Position numbers and translations under genes: made by a program | NCBI GenBank assembly: GCA_008081075.1 | Contig: VMDB01000035.1 | Location: 1 to 47,256 of the forward strand | DNA from: Halieaceae bacterium | GTDB taxonomy: Bacteria > Pseudomonadota > Gammaproteobacteria > Pseudomonadales > Halieaceae | Direction of reading: 5' to 3' | DNA: 47,256 nucleotides | Part shown: piece by piece, positions 39,741-47,256 of the stretch | Numbering within the stretch: position 1 is the first letter of the stretch | Layout of the letters: every line of letters begins with the position of its first letter | Notes under the pieces: generated by a model | What the model saw: the letters and a program-made list of their open reading frames with translations, nothing else | Databases searched by the model: none | Told to the model about the DNA's origin: nothing

Positions 39741-42700
39741 CTAGTGAAAATCTCTGGATTGAATCGTCAGTGCCGTCAGGCTGTCTCCATGATCTTCGAG
39801 GGCGCTGGCGATGACATGTACGACCCCTTCGCGAGACTCAACCGTACCTTTCACCAGTAAGAGTTGTGCTGTCATTAAGGCCTGGCGGTAGCGTTCCTGT
39901 ACGGCAGGCCAGACAATGACGTTGATATTTCCTGTTTCATCTTCCAAGGTTAAAAATACGACCCCTGACGCCGTGCCCGGACGCTGGCGGCAGGTCACCA
40001 GGCCGGCCACGCGAACAAATCGGTGATTGTTGAGGTGTTCGAGGTTTTTCTGTTGTTGGCACTGGCTGAAAGGCTTTTGTTTACGCAGCAGTGCCAGCGG
40101 GTGTGCACGCAGCGTAACGCCGGTACTCCGATAATCCGCAATCACCTCCTCAATCAAGCTCGGTGTAGTGAGTGCCGCATCATTAGCATGATGTGTGAGA
40201 GGCGGATTGTCGGCTAGCAGTGGGCGGTAGTCTTCGAGCGCCATTGTCTGCCAGTGAGACTGGTAGCGGTGCCCGCTGATACTGGAAAGCGCATCGGCCG
40301 CGGCTAAAGACTCCATGCTGCCGCGATCCAAAGATGCCCGTTGGCGCAAGTCGGCCACACTGCTGAAGGCTTGGGTTAGACGCGCTGTGTCGATTCGTTT
40401 AGCGGCCGCTTCGCTGAGCCCTTTGACTAACCTCAGCCCCAGTCTGATCGGAGGCTGACGACGATCTGTAGTGGACAGCAGCTGGTGATCCCATGAGCTG
40501 TGATTGACATCAATGGGCAAAACCAGAATGTCATGTCTGCGCGCGTCCTGTATCAGTTGTGAAGGAGAGTAAAAGCCCATGGGTTGGCTATTGAGCAAGC
40601 CCACATAGAAGGCGGCGGGGTGGTGGCATTTTAGCCAAGCCGAAATATAGGCCAGTAAGGCAAAGCTTGCCGAGTGTGATTCGGGAAATCCATACCCGCC
40701 AAAGCCCTTGATCTGATTAAACAGACGGTCCGCAAATTCGGGGGTGTACCCTTTGTTTGTCATACCCACTTTGAGTTTTTGTTCAAAAGAGAGCAGCTTG
40801 CTGTTTTTTCCCCAGTTACTGATAGCACGTCGTAAGGCATCCGCCTCACCTCCTGTGAAGCCAGCGGCCACCATGGCCAATCGGATGACCTGCTCCTGAA
40901 AAATGGGTACTCCCAGCGTGCGTGACAGTACCGACTCGATTTCTTTGTTGGGGTAGCTGATTGATTCCAGACCGGCTTTACGTCGCAGGTAGGGATGAAC
41001 CATATCGCCTTGAATCGGACCTGGTCGGACAATGGCAATCTCGATAACCAGGTCATAAAAACAGCTGGGCTTGAGCCGCGGCAGCATCGACATTTGTGCC
41101 CGGGATTCGATTTGAAATACGCCGAGGGTGTCGGCTTTTTGTAGCATGCGATAGGTTGCGGCATCTTCTCGGGGAATATCCTGCATACACTGGATATCAG
41201 CATGATCCCGGTTGATCATCTCCAGCGTTTTACGAATAGCGGAGAGCATGCCCAGGGCAAGAATATCGACCTTGAGTAGCCCTAGCGCTTCGATGTCTTC
41301 CTTGTCCCATTGGATAACAGTGCGATCGGGCATGCTGGCGTTCTCTACGGGAACCAGGTTGGAAATGGGCCCGCGGCTGATAACAAACCCGCCGACATGC
41401 TGAGAGAGATGTCGCGGGAAGCCGAGAATCTCCTGAACTCTGGCCAGAAAGTGAGTTGCCAATTCTCCTGATCGAGGCACGCCCTGCTGCTCGAAGCGAC
41501 CCGCCAGCTCTCGCTCGCGATTCCACCAGGCCAGAGAACTGGCTAATTCCTCGATAAAAACCGAGTCAAGCCCCATCGCCTTACCGACATCCCGTACGGC
41601 ACTGCGAGAACGGTAGGTGATAACCGTTGCCGCCAGTGCGGCACGCCGACGGCTATATTTTTTATAGATATATTGAATGACCTCTTCGCGCCTCTCGTGC
41701 TCAAAGTCCACATCAATATCAGGAGGTTCGTCCCGTTCTCGTGAGATGAAGCGTTCAAAGAGCAATGAGACCTGATCAGGGGAAACTTCTGTAATGTACA
41801 GGCAGTAACAGACAACCGAATTGGCAGCGGAGCCTCTTCCCTGGCACAGGATGCCTCGGGATCGCGCAAACTGAACGATGTCATACACCGTCAGGAAGTA
41901 ATACTCATAGGACAGCTCGGTAATCAGGTCGAGTTCGTGATGAATACGTTGCTTAATGTGGTCAGGCACGCCATCTGGCCACCGGCGTTTTGCACCTGAA
42001 GCGACTTCTTGCCGGAGATAACTATTAGCGGTGTGGTTTGTGGGGACGACTTCTTCTGGGTATTCGTAGCGCAGTTCTTCAAGGCTGAAATCACATCGCG
42101 CGGCGATTCGACAGGTTTCCTGCATCAGTGTTTCCGGATACAGGGCAGTGAGTGTGTCCAGGGTGCGGAGGTGTTGCTGGCTATTAATCAGCCGTCTGGG
42201 CCCTAACTGTTGAATGGGAGTTTGAATGCGGATCGCTGTGAGCACGTCGTGTAGCGCTTTTCGTTTTGCGCTGTGCATCTGTACTTCACCACAGGCCACC
42301 ATGGGGACCTGCAGGGTTTGAGCTATGTGATAGCGATGCTTAAAGCGTCGCCACTCATCATTGCCGAGTAGGCGACTGATACCAATCCATACGCGACCTT
42401 TGCAGAGTCTTGCCAGTTGCTGCAAATGGATCTGTTGCTTGTCTGTGTCATCCGGTAACAGAATTAGCAGACAGCGTTTGAGGTGAAAAATAATGTCGCG
42501 CAAGTGGACGGCGTACTCTCCCTTACCACTGCGTCTTCTGGCGCGGCTAATCAGGCCTGATAGCTCTCCATAAGCTGCTCGACTCGGGGCTAGGGCAACC
42601 AGTCGAATCCCTTCGGTCAACGTAAATTCGCTGCCGACAATTAACTGTATGCCGTGCTCCTTGGCCGCTACATGCGCTTTGACAATGCCGGCCAGAGAGC

Positions 42701-42821
42701 ACTCGTCGGTGATCGCCAGTGCACTGTATCCGCAGTGGGCGGCGCGTTCCACCAGTTCATCCGGCGCAGAGGCGCCGCGCAGGAAGCTGTAGTGGCTGAG
42801 GCAGTGTAATTCGGCGTACAT
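39741..42821 (-). CDS. dnaE2: Error-prone DNA polymerase DnaE2 (ImuC)
   Basis: PHP domain YAELHCLSHYSFLRGAS, GRGSAANS, PPDIDVDFEH, QRPGTASGVVF OB fold, C-terminal SRDFH motif. Confidence 0.97.
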   Translation of the reverse strand: MYAELHCLSHYSFLRGASAPDELVERAAHCGYSALAITDECSLAGIVKAHVAAKEHGIQLIVGSEFTLTEGIRLVALAPSRAAYGELSGLISRARRRSGKGEYAVHLRDIIFHLKRCLLILLPDDTDKQQIHLQQLARLCKGRVWIGISRLLGNDEWRRFKHRYHIAQTLQVPMVACGEVQMHSAKRKALHDVLTAIRIQTPIQQLGPRRLINSQQHLRTLDTLTALYPETLMQETCRIAARCDFSLEELRYEYPEEVVPTNHTANSYLRQEVASGAKRRWPDGVPDHIKQRIHHELDLITELSYEYYFLTVYDIVQFARSRGILCQGRGSAANSVVCYCLYITEVSPDQVSLLFERFISRERDEPPDIDVDFEHERREEVIQYIYKKYSRRRAALAATVITYRSRSAVRDVGKAMGLDSVFIEELASSLAWWNRERELAGRFEQQGVPRSGELATHFLARVQEILGFPRHLSQHVGGFVISRGPISNLVPVENASMPDRTVIQWDKEDIEALGLLKVDILALGMLSAIRKTLEMINRDHADIQCMQDIPREDAATYRMLQKADTLGVFQIESRAQMSMLPRLKPSCFYDLVIEIAIVRPGPIQGDMVHPYLRRKAGLESISYPNKEIESVLSRTLGVPIFQEQVIRLAMVAAGFTGGEADALRRAISNWGKNSKLLSFEQKLKVGMTNKGYTPEFADRLFNQIKGFGGYGFPESHSASFALLAYISAWLKCHHPAAFYVGLLNSQPMGFYSPSQLIQDARRHDILVLPIDVNHSSWDHQLLSTTDRRQPPIRLGLRLVKGLSEAAAKRIDTARLTQAFSSVADLRQRASLDRGSMESLAAADALSSISGHRYQSHWQTMALEDYRPLLADNPPLTHHANDAALTTPSLIEEVIADYRSTGVTLRAHPLALLRKQKPFSQCQQQKNLEHLNNHRFVRVAGLVTCRQRPGTASGVVFLTLEDETGNINVIVWPAVQERYRQALMTAQLLLVKGTVESREGVVHVIASALEDHGDSLTALTIQSRDFH

Positions 42822-42828
42822 TAAAATA

Positions 42829-42844
42829 CTGTATAAATAAACAG
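42829..42844. promoter_or_regulatory. LexA (SOS) box upstream of dnaE2
   Basis: CTGT-ATAAATAA-ACAG; arms extend to TAAAATACTGT/ACAGTATTTTA (42822-42851). Confidence 0.92.
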
Positions 42845-42967
42845 TATTTTATCGGGGTATTGCTGCCGCTGAAAAGAGGGTTGTAGAAATGGAGTAGACT
42901 GTTTTTCTGGTGTCTGGTGTGAAGCGCCAGCTGCATTAAACCTGAGCGGCAGGTTTTAAGGCGAACA

Positions 42968-43492
42968 ATGGTGAGCAAAATGCGACGAATAGGTTATGGG
43001 TTAGTTGCCACCCTCTGTTTGGTATTACAGGGATGTACCGGCGTCCCCGAGGGTATTGAGCCCGTTACGGGTTTTGATCAAGAGCGTTATCTGGGTACTT
43101 GGTACGAGATAGCCAGGCTCGATCATAGCTTTGAGCGAGGCTTAAGCGAGGTCACGGCTACCTACAGTACTAATCCCGATGGCAGTATCGCTGTTTTGAA
43201 TCGCGGTTTTGATCAAGAAGAGGGGCGCTGGCGCGAGGCAGAAGGTGTGGCGCGCTTTGTCGATTCCCCCACCGTGGCGCACTTGAAGGTCTCCTTTTTT
43301 GGCCCCTTTTATGGCAGCTACATTGTGTTTGGTCTCGGGGAAAATTATGACTACGCTTTTGTCTCGGGGTTTAACCGCGATTATCTGTGGCTGCTGTCAC
43401 GATCACCAGAAATCAGTGACACGCTGCGCAATGAGTTTCTGGAGATCATCACGGATTTGGGTTTTGCGCCCGACGATTTGGTGTGGCTGTAG
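42968..43492 (+). CDS. blc: Outer-membrane lipoprotein lipocalin (Blc-like)
   Basis: Lipobox LQG-C, RYLGTWYEIARLDHSFE, LKVSFFGPFYG, YLWLLSR. Confidence 0.93.
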   Translation: MVSKMRRIGYGLVATLCLVLQGCTGVPEGIEPVTGFDQERYLGTWYEIARLDHSFERGLSEVTATYSTNPDGSIAVLNRGFDQEEGRWREAEGVARFVDSPTVAHLKVSFFGPFYGSYIVFGLGENYDYAFVSGFNRDYLWLLSRSPEISDTLRNEFLEIITDLGFAPDDLVWL

Positions 43493-43671
43493 TTTCAGGG
43501 ATCAACATTTGATGCATTGAGATAGTCGGTGTTGTGGGGTGCCATTCAGTCCCCTGATTCCGCAACGTCAATAGGTGGCTACAGTAACAAGCAGCATGGT
43601 AACTTCAACGTCATTTATGAAAGCGGGCATTAACGCGCCTTGGTAGCTGATGATGGAGCGCCACTGTGCCT

Positions 43672-45114
43672 TCACGCAAACAGCCCATGTAGATACCAGC
43701 GTCGGTTATGCCTGTCCTGATAGATCCAGACAGGCTGCTTTTGTGGAGTACAGGCAATGTAGTAGTCGCGGCTGACAGGAGTGCTCCACCAGTGGTCTTC
43801 AATGCGCTCCGGACCGTGCAGTAGCTCCAATACGCCATTCCAGTACAGCTGCTGTGCTGTCTGATGGATGGGATGGGGTTCGGGAAATAGCCAAAATGGG
43901 CGTTGTCCAAGTGCAGCCACATCTCCGTCGCGCGGTGCTGTTAGCGAATGCGTTTTCACCACGGCCTCTTCAGGTAAGTGCTCTTCACGGTAGTCGATAT
44001 ACCCAACGGCCTTGAGCCCAAGTCGGCTGCGCAGGCGATCAGCCAGTTCATGCCGTGAAGTGCGACTGACATCCGCATGAAACAGGTCGGTTGCCGGTGG
44101 TGTATTTTCGTGCAGGTGGTCGACAATGAGTGACAGGCCTTCAATGTCTTTTGGCAGGGTTTGCTTGTCCAATTGCAAACACGAAAGCTCAAGCCAGCGT
44201 TGAGCCTGTTGTTGGGCCGCTTCTGAAAACACTTTGAGCGAATCATCGGCGCCTTGTCGTTGCAAATACCGCCACTCAATCATGCCGCAAGAGAGCTGGG
44301 TGTTTTTCAGGAATGTACAGAAGTGAGCGAGTAAGCGCTCCATGGCGGGATGCAGTTCCTGCCGATTGTGAATGTCAAATCCAAACCAGAGTGTGTCTTT
44401 AAAGTATCGGGGCGGCTGATAGACGATGGCGGGTTCCTGCTGGCGTCCTAAAAGACGATCCAGCCAATCGATAAACGGCGCGCCACATCGTTTGCCCAGC
44501 TCGGGAAGAGAAATACGAAGCAAATGCGAAAATTGGGTGATACCGGCTTTTTCAAGTCGCGCCACAACCTGTGGGAACTCGGTCATTAATAGCTGCAGAG
44601 AAAGCGGCGCGAGGCGCTCTTCGAGAGGCGACTCAGCCTCACAGCTTAGGTGCGGGCCAGCATGACTCAACAACCATGCCGCGGTACGGGTTTCTGCTAC
44701 CCCTTTCGCCATAGTGAGTCCACGCAGGCTTATTTCGGTATCAATGCGCTTCAGCAGTGTATCCAGACCATGATGAAGACGAAGACAACTGCCCACTTCA
44801 ATCATCAAGGCATTGTCCTGCCAGCGTTGCAGGTGTGGTGAAACCCCGTAGGCCCAGCTCAGTAATTGTTTTAGCAGGGTATTTTCGGCTTCGAGGGAAC
44901 GCTCCCAGAAACGACTGCTTTGTTGTGCGAGCAATGTTTGTGCTGTGCTGACACTTTGCCCGGGCATCACTCCTGCCTGCTGGGCGAATTCATTACCAAT
45001 CAGAACCTGCCGCTGATGGATTACCACCTGAGCTATATCGCTATGCAAGCCTTGCGGTGTCAACAGGGCTTCCAGAGGGAGTGCGTCGAAACGGAGACAG
45101 AGCCAGAGTGCCAT
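43672..45114 (-). CDS. imuB: Y-family polymerase-like accessory protein ImuB
   Basis: LWLCLRF start with no recognisable catalytic acidic motif, AQQAGVMPGQ, QTDLF-like ATDLF clamp motif, RLRSRLG, GPERIEDHWW...RDYY...WYLHGLFA C-terminus. Confidence 0.9.
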   Translation of the reverse strand: MALWLCLRFDALPLEALLTPQGLHSDIAQVVIHQRQVLIGNEFAQQAGVMPGQSVSTAQTLLAQQSSRFWERSLEAENTLLKQLLSWAYGVSPHLQRWQDNALMIEVGSCLRLHHGLDTLLKRIDTEISLRGLTMAKGVAETRTAAWLLSHAGPHLSCEAESPLEERLAPLSLQLLMTEFPQVVARLEKAGITQFSHLLRISLPELGKRCGAPFIDWLDRLLGRQQEPAIVYQPPRYFKDTLWFGFDIHNRQELHPAMERLLAHFCTFLKNTQLSCGMIEWRYLQRQGADDSLKVFSEAAQQQAQRWLELSCLQLDKQTLPKDIEGLSLIVDHLHENTPPATDLFHADVSRTSRHELADRLRSRLGLKAVGYIDYREEHLPEEAVVKTHSLTAPRDGDVAALGQRPFWLFPEPHPIHQTAQQLYWNGVLELLHGPERIEDHWWSTPVSRDYYIACTPQKQPVWIYQDRHNRRWYLHGLFA

Positions 45115-45155
45115 CGCGGCATAATACTGTATTTTTGTACAGTATTATGCCGCGA
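45114..45155. promoter_or_regulatory. LexA box (45127-45142) inside an 18-bp perfect inverted repeat upstream of imuB
   Basis: TCGCGGCATAATACTGTA-TTTTTG-TACAGTATTATGCCGCGA; core CTGT-ATTTTTGT-ACAG. Confidence 0.92.
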
Positions 45156-45373
45156 CATTGGCGGATATTTATTTATTTTTAGGCAGAGGTGGCTCGAGCA
45201 GTTGGGCCATGCGCTTCTGGGGTTGTCATCCAGCATCCTTTTTCTGGAACCGGTTTTTGCACTACACGCCACCTTATTTTTACCCAGGGCTGAATCCTGC
45301 AAACGCATTCAGTGCGGGCGTTGGCGCGATGTCGAACAACACGTTCAGTTGCCGGCATGTTCCTATGGGGCAT

Positions 45374-45398
45374 AAAAAAGGCCGGGTTGCCCCGGCCT
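45374..45398 (-). terminator. Intrinsic terminator after the second TonB receptor
   Basis: Minus strand AGGCCGGG-GCAA-CCCGGCCT followed by TTTTT. Confidence 0.85.
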
Positions 45399-45419
45399 GC
45401 TAACCACAACGCTAGATTC

Positions 45420-47256
45420 TTAAAACTTCCAGTTCAGGCGGAGACCGATCTCGCGCTTGTCGAGCGGGGACACTGCAACCCCCTGCTTGGCGGTAAGGAA
45501 AGCAAACTGAGATGGACTGGAGAAGTCGGTCCAGCGTGCCCCGGTCTGCCAGGCTTCTTCGTCGGTGAGGTTCATGACAAAGAGTTCGGCCATCAAATTC
45601 TCCCACTGCATACCCACTCGCAGGTTAAACAGATTGTACGAATCGAGCTTAGCGAGGTTGGATTCATCGACATAAGACTCCCCCTGATGGAACCAATCCA
45701 CCCGCCAGTAGCCGCCCTGATCGAACATCGAGAATTCATGTGAGATATAGGCGCTCATAGTGCTCTTGGGTTGGCGAGGAGTCTGGTTGCCAGACATCTG
45801 TGAGAATCCAGCGATGGGGGCAACAAAGTTGAATTTGTAATCGTCATACTCGGAGTCGATATAGCTGATATTAACGCCCACCTCGGTACGATCCGTTATC
45901 GCCGCCTTTCCCTCGAACTCAATACCCCAGATATCTGCATCACCGGGTATCAATATATTGCGTGAGTTATAGAAGGGAATGGGATCACTGCCATCGGCCG
46001 GGTAGGTGGCTTTTGGCTGGCCCAGAGTGCCTTCCGGGCACTGCGCCGTACCGATATCGCCCGCGCGGCAGGTCTCATTGATCAGGAAAGAAGAGCGGCC
46101 CTTGATGTTCTCCCAAGTCTGCATATAAACCGCGATATTCATCTGACCGCGCCCGTCCCAGAAGCGCTGCTTCCAGCCGAACTCAATAGCTTCGAGCGTT
46201 TCAGCCTCCAGAAGTTCGGCCACCGAGGCATCAGCGTTAAGGTATTGTGCTTTCTCGCGATCGTCTGCCTGCGCAAAGAAGGTGTTGAAGTCGCCCGCTA
46301 TCTGACCTTCAGACCAGCTGGCATACAGTGTCGTGTTGTCTGAGGGTGTCCAGCGCAAGATGGCGCGAGGTAAGAAGTCGTCGAACGTTTCTTCAAGTCG
46401 CGTCGTGCCGGTGCCGGCAACCGCATTGCCCTTGATCAGCTTGTCTTCAACAAATCTACCTTCGAGGATGACGGTCAAATTGTCGGTGATATCAAAGTCC
46501 ACCGATCCAAATACCCCGGATACCTCCGCTTGATCCGCGTTCGTCAGACTGTTACTGAAGATACCCAATGCGTTGCCTGGCCGTCCCATACCGAGCCCGC
46601 CAATGGCGGGGTCGAAGAAGCTGTAGACACAGATATTGGGATAAGCATCGGAATAGCCATAGAAGTCAAAGGCAAAACACGAGGTGGCCGCATCGCCGCC
46701 AGCGCCTGAAGAAATGAATTCCTGCTCATAGTAGCTGTAGCCGACCAGCCATCTTAGCCGCTGATCCTGTGGGCTGCTGATGCGGATTTCCCAGCTTTCG
46801 TCCTCCATCTTTTGAGGGTCACGAGACCACCAACCGAGGCGATCCGAGAGGTCAAAGTCGCGGATCCAGCTGGCATCCTGTTCGTTGTTACCGTAGCTCA
46901 TGTCAATGCTGTAGCCGGAGTCAAACTGATACCCAGCTGCGATTGAAAATCGCTCACTCTCCCGCTTCATACCAATAGAACTGACGTTCGGCACGCCGTC
47001 GATATTGGTTGTCGGATCTGTGAGCGCCGCCATGTCAACTGGCAAAATGGTGTTGGAAGAAATGACGTTGTTGCCGGGGTCGGTTGTCACGCTATTGCCG
47101 TAGGGTATGGTTCCGCAAATGTAGTTGACCGGATTGGCGACACCTTCAGCAGAATTAACGGTGGTGCCTGTGCAGGTGTCATTCATGATGCCTGAGACAA
47201 AGCCCTGACTTGGCGCGCCGTCATCGTCTTCAGATGAGCTGTAGCGCATTTTAATC
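45420..47256 (-). CDS. TonB-dependent receptor, C-terminal barrel part (5' end outside the window)
   Basis: Open frame running to the window edge; beta-barrel patterns LPRAILRW..SDNTTLYAS, YNLFNLRVG, FVMNLTDE, terminal LNWKF. Confidence 0.9.
   Translation of the reverse strand, partial: IKMRYSSSEDDDGAPSQGFVSGIMNDTCTGTTVNSAEGVANPVNYICGTIPYGNSVTTDPGNNVISSNTILPVDMAALTDPTTNIDGVPNVSSIGMKRESERFSIAAGYQFDSGYSIDMSYGNNEQDASWIRDFDLSDRLGWWSRDPQKMEDESWEIRISSPQDQRLRWLVGYSYYEQEFISSGAGGDAATSCFAFDFYGYSDAYPNICVYSFFDPAIGGLGMGRPGNALGIFSNSLTNADQAEVSGVFGSVDFDITDNLTVILEGRFVEDKLIKGNAVAGTGTTRLEETFDDFLPRAILRWTPSDNTTLYASWSEGQIAGDFNTFFAQADDREKAQYLNADASVAELLEAETLEAIEFGWKQRFWDGRGQMNIAVYMQTWENIKGRSSFLINETCRAGDIGTAQCPEGTLGQPKATYPADGSDPIPFYNSRNILIPGDADIWGIEFEGKAAITDRTEVGVNISYIDSEYDDYKFNFVAPIAGFSQMSGNQTPRQPKSTMSAYISHEFSMFDQGGYWRVDWFHQGESYVDESNLAKLDSYNLFNLRVGMQWENLMAELFVMNLTDEEAWQTGARWTDFSSPSQFAFLTAKQGVAVSPLDKREIGLRLNWKF

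Noticed and set aside
39741-45400. dnaE2-blc-imuB block as a mobile island
   Set aside because: It looks slightly more AT-rich by eye, but there is no integrase, transposase or flanking direct repeat; a GC and codon-usage scan would be needed.
45156-45410. imuA remnant upstream of imuB
   Set aside because: The short ORFs here show no RecA/SulA-like motifs that I can recognise; a translated HMM search would be decisive.

Overview
Chromosomal core-genome segment of a gammaproteobacterium. Gene order closely follows the Pseudomonas dksA-gluQ-cbrAB-crcZ-pcnB-folK-panBC...acs...pnp-rpsO-truB-rbfA-infB-nusA-rimP-tRNA(Met) region; two TonB-dependent receptors and a PPi-type phosphofructokinase suggest a marine Cellvibrionales/Halieaceae-like organism (inference only). 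Contents: 3' end of initiator tRNA, the rimP-pnp cluster, a TonB receptor plus lipoprotein amidohydrolase, acs divergent from a DUF4212/SSS transporter pair, panC-panB-dNK-folK-pcnB, a CbrB orthologue, gluQ, dksA, sfsA, an M15 peptidase, PPi-PFK, mpl, an MMPL transporter, small genes, rnt, pyrC, argG, a flavin monooxygenase, a split SOS mutagenesis cassette (dnaE2 and imuB around a lipocalin) and a truncated second TonB receptor. No CRISPR array, transposase or prophage was seen. Main candidates: (1) a reduced Cbr/Crc-like circuit, i.e. a CbrB with a degenerate Cys-rich receiver and no adjacent CbrA, followed by TGTTAC sites, an IHF-like site, a sigma-54 promoter and an ~90-nt A-rich terminated CrcZ-like sRNA; (2) an H-type pseudoknot abutting the rpsO ribosome-binding site; (3) DksA with a 90-aa histone-H1-like tail; (4) a split imuB/dnaE2 cassette with no local imuA, each gene with its own LexA box, one inside an 18-bp perfect inverted repeat. 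All calls are from reading motifs and synteny by eye; no searches were run.
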